The notes below the pieces were generated by a model. The model saw nothing but the letters and a program-made list of their open reading frames with translations, was not told the origin of the DNA and did no database searches. Shown here piece by piece: positions 12,553 through 27,614 of a stretch of 64,000 bases of DNA. Both the position numbers and the translations under genes were made by a program. This stretch comes from the human T2T-CHM13v2.0 reference genome, Homo sapiens. Positions within the stretch are counted from its first letter, which is position 1; each line of letters opens with the position of its first letter. The stretch is taken from assembly GCF_009914755.1 (NCBI RefSeq), contig NC_060938.1. One strand, given 5' to 3'.

Positions 12553-15500
12553 TTAAACTTGGACTGTCATCTTGTCACTCCAGAATGGTAGCTAGTCAAC
12601 AGAAGAAACGTACTGAAAATAGAAAAGAAGTCTGAAAATATAGGCCTCTCCTATGTAGCTAGCTGATTTCAGCTGCTTATGACTGCAGAGTATAAGTTAA
12701 TCGAATCAATGCTCACAATACAAGTTAGTCATCAGAAAGGACCAGAAACTGATTATGTATGAATAAGAGTACAGAAAACAATGTATCTGGACATACACTA
12801 TAACTCTGGGATATTTCTATTCTAAGAACCAATTATTGCAAAGTCAATGAGTCCCCTACTATTTTAATGAGTTCAGTTGATATTCATCAGAACTTAAAAT
12901 ACATAGTAATAGTAATGATTAATTGTTACGGTTATTGAGGCATAAGTGTATAATAAACCAGAACTCACTTAGGTGCCATCTGCGATAGTACAAACTTCAG
13001 TAGAACATTTAGTACAACATAGACTAATTTTAGACTCATTTAGATTACAGACATATTCATTATAGCAAACTAATTTGTCCCAAGTGACTGAAAAATAATC
13101 AACATCATTTAAGAATATATAGAATATACTGTTACACATGTATTTATCAATCTAAAGTATGATTCTAAGAATTTGAATGTAATAAAACATAACTATTTAA
13201 AATTTCATGCAAATTAATTGAGTCTTTGCTATTTCCTAGAACTTTCTAATTGTTTCAAGGTTATTCTTTCAAACATCAATTATCTATATACCATACAGCC
13301 ACAAAGGTCTACACTAGTTTTGTGATTATCAGATAAATGGTTCTTTTTTTTGTATTCTGGGACAACCCAATCCCACAACCTAGACCTTGAATACTCTTCT
13401 GTTAGCCCTATGGTATGGCACTGCTATTTCCAATCTCCCTGAAATTTTACAAGTTCATTTACCAGCTGTCTCAGAGTTCTAGAACAGCTTTTTCCTCATG
13501 GTAGAACAGCTTAGATCTAGTATTTTTACCCACACAAAAAGGGACAAAATGAAAACATTACAAGTTACATTAAAATGTATACGCTACACTGTAAAATAAC
13601 CAGGAATACAATTTCCACCCAATTAAGTAGCACAGAATACATTCTAATGACTGCATTTATGGAAGATACCAGCAACACTTAGTAAACAAACTGCATGTTA
13701 ATTCACCAGGTGACTGGGAACACCAGGGTGATAAAGTTTCTTTAAGTGCACTGAATATGAAAACAAACAAAAAACAAAAGTGGGCAGCAAACAAAGCCTG
13801 TATTCTTTGTAATGAACCTTATAATTACCAAAAAGGCTAATTGTTAATGGAGTTTAAACAGTCTGCTATCTAAAATCCTTATGGAGTGAAATCCAGTTAA
13901 GTTTTGTTAAGACAATAATGCTATGTAAATCAAGCAGAAATAAAGAAGAATAACATTATAACATTTTCTACCTCCTGGGAGGAAAACACAATGTGCTGAC
14001 AGTGGGCAAAGAGGTGGTTTAATTGAGTGGGGGAAGAAAGCAACAAACAGTAATTGAGTCAACCATCCAGCATTCAGATTGTTTGAAACCAGTTCCATCT
14101 AGTCTAATTAAAGGAGTAATGATAATTAAAAAATGTATTTTGAAATGGTCCCTCCATCTCCCCTGCTGTAATAAAATGTCATGGTATTTATTTAAAAAGG
14201 CAAACCTAGGCATATAACTTCATATTGAGGGACATTTTCTTGTCAAAGTGTTCTCATGTAATAGCTTCATCCCATAAAATAATTAAACAAAAATGAGCAT
14301 CAGGCAAGGTAGTCAGCTGGTCACATAGGTGCTTATTTCAGCATTCGTGCAGAAATAATGATGCCAGCAGCATGCCTAACAACGTAGCCTTCCCTGAAAT
14401 GGACCCCTCTCAGTGATAGTGAGCTACATATGAGTTGAATGTGCCATAAAAAACTTCTTAAACATATAGTTAGGTGTGTTTATCATTAGATCAGCAATCT
14501 GTTGGTTGAACTGGATGTTACTTTTGTGTATAGTGCATTTAGAATACTAGGTATCTTCACATAGTGAACAAATACATTATGATAGCCAAGATGCACTTAC
14601 TCTGTCTTCCACCAAAGATGAAATATGAAAGGGAAAATAACACTGTGGTTGATTCAGGGTTACCACTGCAACAACAATCTGAAAAAAAAAGGACCCCGCA
14701 AACTCAAATCTAGTTTCCCTTCTCTCAATCTCCTTCCCTAAAGAAGAAGAGTTCTCACTAAGAGGGTAGGAGGCCAGACTGGTCTCATTATAAAGAGATC
14801 AAGAAGAAGGTTATGGGACTGGAGGAGCAGGAGAGAAATACTCCTGGGGGTTGGGGTTTTCACCTGCACGGAGCTCTAAGACTCCTCCTGTGCTCAAGAA
14901 AATTGAGGAATGGAAGGATCTAGGATGAAAAGTGCTAGTATAGGTTTTGACTTGGCTCTTTCTTAATTGCCAGTAAGAAATGAGATACTTTTATAATTAT
15001 CTGTTGATCTGAGTCTCTTCAAACAAAATTCCACCTAGAATTGCCTTGATAATTCATTTGGATTATTTATGTCATGGCTCCATTATCTGAGGCCATGATC
15101 TATAGAACTAATTCTAAAAATAAAAAAAGGCTATATACCTTTTGAAGTATGTGATAGACTATAAAGTCAAGTAGACAAGATGGCAACATTTGAAAAAAAT
15201 CACTAACATTACCAAACAGGATGAAAAAAGCTTAAAATGTTATGCTATCTTTTAAAAAATGATTCAATAACACAATTGAGTGAAGAATAAGTGGGATTGT
15301 ATTGTTTTCTGATTGTAGTGGTAATATTCTTAAGAACGTAATTAAGAGGCATATAATTATTTGGTTTAAGTCCCAAATAAACCAAATTATTTGGTTTAAG
15401 CTTTGGAGCTACATGTAATCAAATATGCAAAGGCATCTTCCAGATTAAGAGAACTGTGTGTTCCTATTTATTTTTACCATTGTTTAGGAATGGCCATGAG

Positions 15501-15939
15501 TGGTACCTTTATGTTGATGATTTGAATTTTAAATTTGTTTAGAAAGTCAATTCAAAGATTTTTGGAAACACGCAGAGATCTTATACATTTTGTGCTTTCT
15601 CAACAGAACGATGACAATCAATTTTTTCACTCTCCTATGGCATTGATCATGAATTGCAATTTCCTTTTATCAGATTTTTATATTCATATGAAGATTCAAA
15701 GGAAATTCCTTAGATATTTTAGATATGGCTGAATATTTCTCATTTTTTAATCTTCTCAAGGGGACCATGACAATTCATTTATCTCACAAAATGAATCATC
15801 TGAATGAATCTGTCACTGTTAAAGTACCATTTCCTTTTAACAAAAAAGAAGTACCTACTTATGTTTAAAAGTATCACTATTTAGCTAGGAGTTACCTGTA
15901 CTAAAAGATGTTTAAGTATTTGGATAGAAGTAGACAAAG

Positions 15940-17013
<1,074 letters not shown>

Positions 17014-17589
17014 AAAGCCTTGTGAGATCCCATGTCTTACTAAATTATTTCACAATAAATTTTGGACATTTGGGGGAAGTAGTAATGTAGTATTAAAGCA
17101 AACCTATAATTGGCCCTCATCTATTGGCTTGAACTCAAATTAGGCAAGAAACAGTTAATAGTTTTCAGAAATAAGTACAAACCTTTCTATTAACTCTCAC
17201 TATAAAATTATTACTTCCTAGGAATTTCATTTCAAATAATGATTAACATATTATATATTTACTAAGGGAATATCTATATCACCAACTAGATGGTACATCA
17301 CAGTAATGATAAGAACCAGGTTTTAAATTTAGTTCTAGATATAGATTCCAAACCTGTACATAGATCCCAGATCTGTCATTCATTTCCAAAATAAACAGTT
17401 TTGCATGATCAGATAAAATAGTGAAATCCTTAAATATATTATATTTAGTAAACAAATTCTATTATTATTATTGGTATTTATACATGTGAGGTGAAATCTA
17501 CCCCTTAACCCTTTTTAGTATATGTACATTGTGGTTTGTTTTATTGGTATTAGACATCAAAAGGAGGCATTTTATCTAAGATAATGTTT

Positions 17590-18478
17590 CTATTCATTTA
17601 TTCAACATATTTATTGAACACATATCACATGCCAGTTATTGGGGATGTTCCAAACACAAGCAATGTGTTAGTTAACACAAGGTACAAAAGTCCTTTCCCT
17701 CAATGAACTTATATTCAAGTGAGAAAAGATAGGTAATTAGCAAGAGTTTTTAAAACTATAATATTTGTAATGACAAATATATGAAAAAACAATCTAAGAA
17801 GATGAAGTTAAAGACAGTTTTGTAAAAGTAGTAAATTCAAATAGGGTTCCCAAAGAAACTGAAATTTGAGAGTGGTGAAAGGGAGAAACATTGAGTTTTC
17901 TGGTAGAAAAACATTCCAGGCAGAGGAAACAGCAAGTGAATGGCTCTGAGGCAGGAGCCTGCCTGGTGTGTTCAAAAAGCAGCTAACAAGGTCAATGTTG
18001 CCCAAGTGAAGTGATTTGAAAGGGAGAAGAAGTAGGAAATGAGGTCAGATAAGTAATGTAGGGTATGAGGGTGTGCAAATGACATGGTACCTAGTAGGTC
18101 ATTGTAAGTTTGGTTGGTTCATACTTTGAGAAACTATTAAAGATTTTGGGCAGAGGAGTGACATATATTTTAAAAGGATTCTGGTTGTCATGTTCAGAAC
18201 AAACCGAAGGGGAGAAAGCAAAGAACGAGGACGACTATTTAAGATGCTATTGAAATAAGCCAAGTGAGAGAAGAGAGTAGTTTGGACTGTGGTGGTATTG
18301 GGGGTTGGGGGGGATAAAAGGTGGTTGTTTTCCAGATATATTTTGAAGGCAGACGTATCAGGATTGAAAAAGAACACTCAAGGATAATATCAAGACTTTC
18401 AGACTGAGGAACAGAAAGGATGGAGTTGCAATTAACTGAGATGGAAAGACTGTGAGAGCAGCAGGCTTTGGGGAAAGG
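17590..18478 (-). mobile_element. L2a 3' fragment
   Basis: attcatttattcaacatatttattgaaca start; cattccaggcagaggaaacagcaagtg, agatatattttgaaggcaga, aactgagatggaaagactg. Confidence 0.8.
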
Positions 18479-18674
18479 GAGAGAAGGAGGAAGGTAAAGC
18501 AGCCCAAACTCTAATCTAGACTTCCTAAATCCAAACCTTGTGTTCTTTACTACAGCAAGTCAGCACACTATTTTTAGTTTATTGAACACCTGTACTCTTG
18601 CAAGGACTATGCTTTACATAATTTGCCTTATTAAATTCTTTTAAGAAGCCTATGATGATGAAAAAAACAAAAAG

Positions 18675-18900
18675 GTAAACACTTACACAATACTTATCAT
18701 GTGTCCTGAGTGTTATATCTCACACACACACACACACACACTCATATAATCTTCACAAGAATCATAGGTACTATTATTATCCATATTTTACCAACGGGAA
18801 AAGAGAGGTGGAGTAACTTGCCATTGGTTACACAGCAAGTAAATGGGCAGAGGAGAGATTTGAACCTAGGTAAGACAGCTCCTACATCTGTTATGTTGTC
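18675..18900 (-). mobile_element. MIR with internal (CA)n
   Basis: ggtactattattatccatattttac...gtaacttgccattggttacacagc...gatttgaacctagg; (CA)10 at ~18721-18741. Confidence 0.7.
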
Positions 18901-19128
18901 ATCTGAGAGAGATGTAGGGAGAAGACTAAGGATCAGAGGGCTTGTCACCTCCTGGGGATTACGTGGTAAGAACAGGCATTTTAACTTTTGTTTTTACTAC
19001 AGACCTTTGACCAATGGATTATAGAGAATAGCACCTTTCAATTTCAGGTGGGGGAGCCAGAGAAGTAATAATAGAGTTAGGGACAGTGGTCTATTTCTGG
19101 GAACTCTGCTGTGGTCACTAAAGTAATC

Positions 19129-19161
19129 TGAGAGAGAGAGAGAGAGAGAGTGTGTGTGTGT
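19129..19161. repeat. Compound (GA)n(GT)n microsatellite
   Basis: Direct reading of the sequence. Confidence 0.9.
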
Positions 19162-19171
19162 TTAGTTTTAC

Positions 19172-19558
19172 TGTATCAGTTTTCCAGGGCTTCTATAACA
19201 GAGTACCACAGACTAGGTAACTTAAACCACAAAAAAAGAATATTTTATCACAGTTCCACAGGCTAGAAATCCAAGATTAAAGTGTCAGCAGGGTTGGCTT
19301 CTCCTAAGGATTCTTTCCTTAGACTATAGTTGGCCACCTTCTCCCTGTGTCTTCACATGATCTTCCTTCTGTCCCTGTGTCTGAATCTCTTCTTCTTATA
19401 AGGGTACCAGTCATTTTGGGTTAGGAACCATTGTAATGACCTCATTTTACTTTATTATTTCTTTTAAAACCCTGTCTCTAAATGCAGTCACATTTTGGAG
19501 AACTCAGGGGTAAAACTTCAATACATGAATAGTGGGTGACACAATTTAGCTTGTAACA
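19172..19558 (-). mobile_element. MaLR solo LTR (MLT1A/B-like)
   Basis: tgtatcagttttccagggct...taacagagtaccacagact...tcttcttataagggtaccagtcat...gacacaatttagcttgtaaca. Confidence 0.85.
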
Positions 19559-19591
19559 GTTACCTAGCATTGTTATTTAAAATCTCCTTTC

Positions 19592-21131
19592 CAACTTAAA
19601 ATTCATATGGAACCAAAAAAAAGCCTGTATAGCCCAGACAATCCTAAGCAAAAAGAACAAAGCTGGAAGCATCACGCTACCTAACTTCAAACCATACTAC
19701 AAGGCTACAGTAACCAAAACAGCATGGTAATGGTATGAAAACAGACACATAGACCAATGGAACAGAACAGAGATCTTGGAAATAAGACCACACATCTACA
19801 ACCATCTGATCTTCAACAAACCTGACAAAAACAAGCAATGGGGAAAGGATTCTCTGTTTAATAAATGGTGCTGGGAAAACTGGCTAGCCATATGCAGAAT
19901 ATTGAAACTGGATCACTTCCTTACATCTTTTACGAAAATTAACTCAAGATGAATTAAAGACTTAAATGTAAAACCCAAAACTATAAAAACCCTAGAAGAA
20001 AATCTAGGCAATACCATTCAGGACATAGGCATGGGTAACGGTTTCATGACAAAAACAGCAATAGCATTTGCAACAAAAGCAAAAATCGACAATTGGGATC
20101 TAATTAAGCTAAAGAGCTTCTGCACAGCAAAAGAAACTATCATCAGAGTGAACAGACAACCTACAGAATGGGGGAAAATGTTTGCAATCTATCCATCTGA
20201 CAAAGGGCTAATATCCAGAATCTACAAGGTACTTAAACAAATTTATAAGAAGAAAAACAAACAACCCCATTAAAAAGTGGTCAAAGGACATGAACAGATA
20301 CGTCTTAAAAGAAGACACTTATGCAGCCAACAAACATATGAAAAAAAGCTTAACATCACTGATCATTAGAGAAATGCAAATCAAAACCGCAATGAGATAC
20401 CATCTCATGCCAGTCAGAATGGCGATTATTAAAAAGTCAAGAAACAACAGATGCTGGTGAGGCTGTGGAGAAACAGGAATGCTTTTACACTGTTGGTGGG
20501 AATGTAAATTAGTTAAACCATTGTGTAAGACAGTGTGGTGATTCCTCGAGGATCTAGAACCAAAAATACCATTTGACCCAGCAATCCCATTACTGGGTAT
20601 ATACCCAAAGGAATGTAAATTATTCTATTATAATAATTTACATGGGCACACATATGTTCATTGCAGCACTATTCGCAATAGCAAAGACATGGAATCAACC
20701 CAAATGCCCATCAATGATAGAGTAGATAAAGAAAATGTGGCACTTATACACCATGGAATACTATGCAGCCATACAAAGGAAAGAGATCATGTCCTTTGCA
20801 GGGACATGGATGGAGCTGTAAGTCATTATCCTCAGCAAACTAACACAGGAATAGAAAACCAAACACTGCCTGTCCTCGCTTATAAGTGGAAGCTGAGCAA
20901 TGAGAAGACGTGGACACAGGGAGGGGAACAATACACACTGCGGCCTGTCAGAGAACAGGGGGAGGGAGGGCATCAGGATAAATAGCTAATGCATACAGGG
21001 TTTAATACCTAGGTGATGGGTTGATAGGTGCAGCAAACCACCATGGCACACATTTCCCTATGTAACAAACCTGCACATCCTGTGTATCCTAGAACTTAAA
21101 ATAAAATTAAATTTAAAAATAAATAAAAATA
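19592..21131 (+). mobile_element. 5'-truncated primate L1 (L1PA8-L1PA10-like): ORF2 C-terminal part plus 3'UTR
   Basis: ORF2 remnants (e.g. [32 protein letters not shown]), L1PA 3'UTR, A-rich tail, perfect TSD aaaatctcctttc (19579-19591 / 21132-21144). Confidence 0.95.
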
Positions 21132-23024
21132 AAAATCTCCTTTCTGTAAAAGTTGGAAAACCTTGTTCCCATTGAACATCACAGGTAGATTCTAAACTTA
21201 TATATGATGACACTTGGCTCTCTTTTACTCTGATGACTTGCATTCCTCCACTTATACTCTGTGTCTCAGACATAAGAAGAGAAAAAGCAGGAAGCAACAG
21301 CCCCTGTTTTGCTCTTGGACATTGCAATGGGTGTGAGGGTGGAAAAAGTTTAGTCAGAAGATAGCGAAATAGTTCAGTCAGCAAGTCAGGAAAACTTCCA
21401 TCATCCACCCTCTATAACATGATGGAAGAGGGGAAAAAAGTGCTTTTAAAACCATAGAGGTAGCTCCTTTTATGTTTTTGAAGCTAAGACTAATTTGATA
21501 GACATCTATCAATGTTGAGCTTTTATGTCTTTAGGTTGGTTTCATAAGTTTTTTGAAATTGAATACTTCAATTTTGTCTGTAAAAATATATTGAGAATTA
21601 TTTGGAGTGCCTATTGATGGAAAGATACCAGATATTTTTATTAAGTATCTATACATTAATGTATTCCCCTGAGATTGTATTTTATCTTGTGAAATGCAAA
21701 GCTGGTTAAACCCCCACAAAAATAATCTAGATTTTTTCCATAAATGAAATGAGTACACTTTTAGCTAAAGGGGAAACAGACATTGTATAATTTCCAGGAA
21801 TTCTATAGAAAGAGTAGACTTACAATAGTTTACTAAAACAACAATGTGAAAGAGACATGCAAATTGCACTCAAATCCTTTCATGCTGAATAGTAACTGGT
21901 GACAGTAACCCTGGAGATAGAGACACTGGGTCAATCTGAATAGTGGAAGGGCTATGAATGTGTAGGAAGATGTGTCTAACACATAGCTGAAAGTAGTACA
22001 ATAGGGGAGTGGCATCATAATTGTAAGGTCATATTTATTGTAATAATAAAAATTGTAAGGTCCTTAAATTCCATTCTGAGTAGGAGGCATTAGATGAAGG
22101 CACCTTGTGATCCACATGATTCCAGTATCTAATTCTGTATTTGCAACCAAAGTTTATAATGGGTTATATGGGTTTTCTGTTTGCAAAGCTTTTAGCTGAT
22201 TCCTATCAGCGACCTAGTCCTGGGTAACCCGCTGCCTCAAGACATTTAGAAGGCCTTGAAGACTGTGTCTCTTCTAACCCTCACCTAATTTCACAGACCT
22301 AGAGGAAATGCAGATCCTTAGTTTACAATAAGAACCAAGATTAAGGTCGTCTGAGAAGAGCTCAACCTTCTGGAGATTTTGGTAGTAGAATTAAATGCTT
22401 TGGTTTTAACTATAAAAGATAAACTTTTGAGTTCTAGAATTTATTAGATTGTCTACTCCAAGATAAGAACAATCACAATAGCTACTTATATTTTCACAAC
22501 ATTTTATGGCTTAAGAAGCTTTTTTACATTCATTATTTTATTTAATCAAATTTTTACAACATAGAGGGGAAAGCCCAGGATTCAGGGTTGTTCACATGTG
22601 TGAGCCTCGTTTCCTCACCCGTGCTAGGGGTAATCACAGGAAGTCTACTTATCTCAAGGGTCAGTTGTGAATGTCAAAGAATACAGTGTTATATAAAAAC
22701 AATTTTAATTCCATTGTTAGATGTTATTTTATAATAGATTCTATTAAACCACAACCTCTGAATTAATTATCTTGCACTTTTTGATGGTGGTTGATGCTGA
22801 GAATGGCTTCTTCGCTCTTACATTGCAACTGTCAAAGCCTTTAAAAACAATGACTTAATTATTTTATTACATTGACAGAATAAAATTCGTACAGTCATTT
22901 TATCTATGAAGACTGAGAATTTATTTAATGATTACCTTGGAATATATCTATTCATTAGTGGTGGAAAAAGATGAAACGTTGCCAGCAGACAAAGATAGTT
23001 ATTTCTTCTTTCTAGAGATGTGAA

Positions 23025-23225
23025 AATAACAATTACTACTTACTGAGTCCCTACTTAGTGCCAAACACTGCTCTAGGTGTTTTGTATATTTCATCTTTTG
23101 ATCCTTACACAATGGCATGTGTGTTACTGCTCATTGCCACTTAGCAGAGATTTACTCAATTAGGACATGATGAAGCTGGGATTTGAGCCCAGAGATGTTC
23201 AACTTTAAAGACACTTGCTCTTTCT
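23025..23225 (-). mobile_element. MIR fragment
   Basis: cttactgagtccctacttagtgccaaacactgctctagg...gctgggatttgagcccag. Confidence 0.6.
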
Positions 23226-23664
23226 AATCAATATTTTATTACATAAACATTAACTTGCTCAATTATAAAGTGTTCTTGTATCTGAATGAATGGAGGTCTG
23301 GTAGGACTAAATGGAATATATATATATCTAGGCATGTTGGAATGGCTGTTAGAAAGCAATGTTAGAACGGACACCTCTGCATGGGCTGCAATTATATTTG
23401 ACTTTCTCTCAACTTCTTTATTCAGTCCTTCCCCTCTCATGTGCTTCCTAAGAGCTCTCTCATACTAATATATCAAGAAGAGGACTAAAGAGACTATTCA
23501 TCAAAATACGTCTTAGGGAAACCATTATTTGTGTTAGGAAGAAATACTTTGAGAAGTTATTAGAGGATAAAGCTCCAAGGGTGGGAAACTGTTGCAAACA
23601 TGGATTGCTAACATACCATGCATAAGTCAAAAAGAGGAAATTTGCCAACTTCCACATTATGTAG

Positions 23665-24250
23665 TCCTCTGACATTCATAGTACTCAGTAATAAGAAGAA
23701 ATGAAGTAGCAGTATATGCTACAACATTGGTGTTTCTTAAAAACATTAGGCTAAGTGAAAGAAGCCAGTCACAACAGACCCCAGAAAGCCAATCTATAAA
23801 GATGGAAAATACATTAGTGGTTTCCTGGGGCTGGAGTGAGAACAGGGAATGATTGCAAATGGTCACCAGGGATCTTTTTGGAATAGTATAAATGTTTTAA
23901 AATTGGACTTTGGAAATGGTCACATGACTCTGTAAGCTTACACAACCATTGGATATTCACTTAAAAATGGGTGAATTGTATAGTGTGCAAATTATGCCTC
24001 AATAAATATGTTTTTTTTTTTAAAAAGGTGCTGCACAGTAGTCGTGTTTGCAATGCTACCACTCATGGAAAACAGCAGAGTACCTCTCGAAGCACACCCA
24101 AGAAATCGACAGCAGAGGTTGCCTCTGAGGAGGGAAATGGGGCACAGGAGCTGAGAAGAGGAGGAGAGTTCCTCTGAATGTATAATGTTTGGTGCTCTTT
24201 GAATTTTACACTATGTGCATGTAACCACTATTCAAAAATAACATTAAACC
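23665..24250 (+). mobile_element. Old L1M (L1ME/MC-like) 3' fragments
   Basis: aaaacattaggctaagtgaaagaagccagtcac, attagtggtttcctggggctgg, gggtgaattgtatagtgtgcaaattatgcctcaataaa. Confidence 0.6.
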
Positions 24251-25526
24251 CTTTACATATTTTAGTTACTAGGAGATACTTGGCTGCTGTTCATAGTGAG
24301 GAGGTCATTAATGGTAATGGGGTCAGAAGAAACGACGGTCTAAGGGGAAAATGCTGCATTATCTATTTTCAGAAATGATCATTTTGATCTATTATTCAGA
24401 ATAATATTGATTTGAACAGCAATACCCTATAACCAAGGGACCTGAAGGGAACAGTATGCAGAGCCTAAGATAAAGAAACCTGTATATTTTGTTGTGGTGA
24501 GAGTGCTGAAAGTGGAGAGTGGAAAGTCTGAGCCTTTACGTTTTTGATGCCAGAGTAATCATTCAGAAGGCTTTTGAAGAGTAACGTATTGACTACACTC
24601 TGTTACATTTCAGTCATTTTGCTATCATCCTTTTTTCCAGTACATGCCATAGAATGTAGCAATTCAAGAGCAAACTGTTGGAAAACATGCTCAACTCATC
24701 TTCCTCAGCTTGTTATTTCTTCAAATTATCTAATTCACTGTGCTTTTTGGATTTCTTTTTGCTATAGATGGTTTTCCATACAAGTGAAATTGCTAAATAA
24801 TTGTCAAGCTTCTGCTCCACTTAGAAAATATTCACCAGTTATAACAGATTACATCCTAGTACTCTTAATTCCATAATAATGTATATCTTTGGAATCTTGA
24901 CGATTTTCAACTCTTAATCCATAGCTCAAGTCTTCTGTCTGATGTTGAATGCAGTGATCTTCCAAGCAAATGACAGTATTTGAACCTTCCCTTAAAATGG
25001 TAGTAATAAAATTCCAAAGTACTTGTTAAGTGAAGGCATACTATAAATTACTGATATTTGGAAATTTCTAAGAGTATGTCACTTAGAAATGAATATGTAG
25101 TGGTTAATGTGACTGTCTTCTATTACTGAGAATATGTGAATCAAAGCAGGATGCTAAGATTTCCTTTCTTTGTTATGAATACCTGTTTATACTAATGTTC
25201 CATTATGACAAACTCTCCTCACTGGCTTGGAAGAGTATGATATCATAATCTGAGAAAATGTTAAATGATGCTTTCTAAATTAAATGCTTCATTAAACCTC
25301 AGAGATCCACTCTAAATTTTATTTCCCACATGATAATTTTTAGTTAAGGCTAAAGATGAAAGGTAAAGTGGACAGATAATGTTTGCATAGGTAACCGAGG
25401 GGAAGCAATATGAGCATAGCTAGGCTTAGCCCCTAAAAACATTGTGATGCACAGTGAGTTAGTTAAGAGTATGGTCTCTGACTTAGACAACCTGAGTTTA
25501 AATTCAGTTAGGTTGGCCACTAACTA

Positions 25527-25606
25527 TTAGGTTGGTGCAAAAGTAATTGTGGTTTTTGCCATTGAAAGTAACAGTAAAAGCCATGATTACTTTTGCACCA
25601 ACCAAA
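25527..25606. mobile_element. MADE1 (Hsmar1-derived MITE) inserted in a MIR
   Basis: 80-bp palindromic element ttaggttggtgcaaaagtaattg...attacttttgcaccaaccaaa flanked by TA (25525-26 / 25607-08); MIR sequence on both sides (~25445-25720). Confidence 0.93.
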
Positions 25607-26934
25607 TAGTTTGTGTAATTAGATTGGGCAGCTTACTAAAACGCTTTAAAATTGAATTTCTTATATGTTTAATGGGTATAATAGTATCTACTGCAAAGGG
25701 TTATTATCTATATGCAGTATATAGTAAACCACTCATTATTGTTCAAAGTCATGGTTTTGCTGGAAGCTTTGAAATTTATAGCAAGAGGATAATAAATTTA
25801 CCCACAATCCAGGCTGCTTTCATTCAAACATGATCAAGACTTCAAATGCTATCCAGAAAGCCAAAGAGATGCTAGAGAGATGGCTCAAGATTCAGCTGAA
25901 TGATGATAAAAGAACCCAGAATTACAGGGGAAGTTAAGAAAAAATGACTTTGGAATTTTAAAATTAACTTGAAAGTTAGTTAACCTTCTGAGCCTGTTTT
26001 CCATTATAAAATGGATACAATAACACAGCATGTTGTGAGGCTTCAGTAAGTCTATGAATATGATGTAGATAGCACAGCACTCAGCACAGTCTGGGTGCTC
26101 AATAAATGAGAGGAACGTTTACTAGGAAGACTATCATAATGATTGTTTATGTGCTTTACAGTATGGAAGACAAGAACATAAGTGTCACATAAAGTAAATT
26201 GTGTATAAGCTGTTTCTTTTTTTTTTTTTTTAAAGGTGGTGTTTCTGAAACTTTAAAAAGTAAATTAAGAGAGAGTGAGGCAAAGGTGCACAGGGGCCAG
26301 GTCACCATGAGGAAAGGGGATGTCAAGCAATAGAACAGCAATTGAACGTCTGCCCACATGGATTCACCGAGCCCCCTTGGGGTGCCAAGAAAAGAGAAAG
26401 AAGGAGAGAATAAATACACTGATTTCCAGATGGTAGAGTGGGTGGTAAAGAGAAGGAAAATAGAGGAGTTAGAGATAAACAACAGCTGTAGTAAAAGAAA
26501 AAAGAAAAAGCAGCATGACGATGCTAGGTGAGCTTAGTCAGAAGACAGTATTCTGTCTGGGACTAAAATCCTCTGATTAGGAACAAGTAAAGGGGAGTAT
26601 TTACAGAATTTGTGCTGGTAAAGAGATTAGCGACAGTGAATGGAGACAGAAACAGCCTCCTAATGTGGCACAGCTTAGGCATTTGACTGAGGCTTGAGAA
26701 TAGTGGAAGAGATTAGTCAAAAGGCAAGTCAATTGAGTCCAGGGAAGCTTTGAAGCACTAATTAAAAACATACACAGAGTAAGTACCATTATCAGGAAGA
26801 AAACAACACAAATAAGAACACACAAAAAAAACTGGAGATGTGGCCTAAGGAACTCTCAGAGAAGAGAAATTGGATGTATTCTTAGGGAAAAAAAAACAAA
26901 GGCTGATGGGGCAGAAGAGACAAATTTTTATGAT

Positions 26935-27605
26935 AAAAGAATACTAAATAACTATGTAGATACTCTCCATTCCAGGAGGAGGATCACTATTCCTAGCCCT
27001 TCTTCTACAAGAGTGAGCTGTAATTAGTGACTTGCTTCCATAGAATAGGGTAAGAGAAATCTGACAAACGCTATCCTAACCAAGTAATGAAGGTTAACAT
27101 CACCAGTGACTTCACATGGATATCACGTACCCCTTGACATAATGTGGTGAGATAGGCACTTTGGCTCTATGGGATACTTTCCAAGAACTCATAACCTAAT
27201 TCTAATTATGAGAAAAACATCAGACACATCCAGAGTTGGGGAAATTCTACAAGATACCTAGTCAATACTCTTCAAGACTGTTAAGGTCACGAAAAACACA
27301 GAAAGACTAAGAAATGGTCACAGACCAGAAGAGACTGGAGGGGCATGAAAATTAAAAGTAATGTGATACATTAGACTGGATCCTGAAACAGAGAGAAGAG
27401 ATTGGTGGAGTAACTGGTGAAATCCAAAAGTGTGGAGTTAGTTAACAGTACTGTGCCAAAGTTGATTTCTTAGTTTTGATGACTGTACCATGGTAATGTA
27501 AGATGCTAACAATAGGGAAAAGGAGCAAAGGGTGTCTATTAGGGGACTTGCTGTACTATCTCTACATTGTTTCTATAAATCTAAAATTATTCAAATTTAA
27601 AGCAG
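26935..27605 (+). mobile_element. L1MD-like 3'UTR fragment
   Basis: tagtgacttgcttcca, aaggttaacatcaccagtga, atgagaaaaacatcagaca, tgtaccatggtaatgtaagatgctaac, taaatctaaaattattc. Confidence 0.7.
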
Positions 27606-27614
27606 CTTTTCAAA

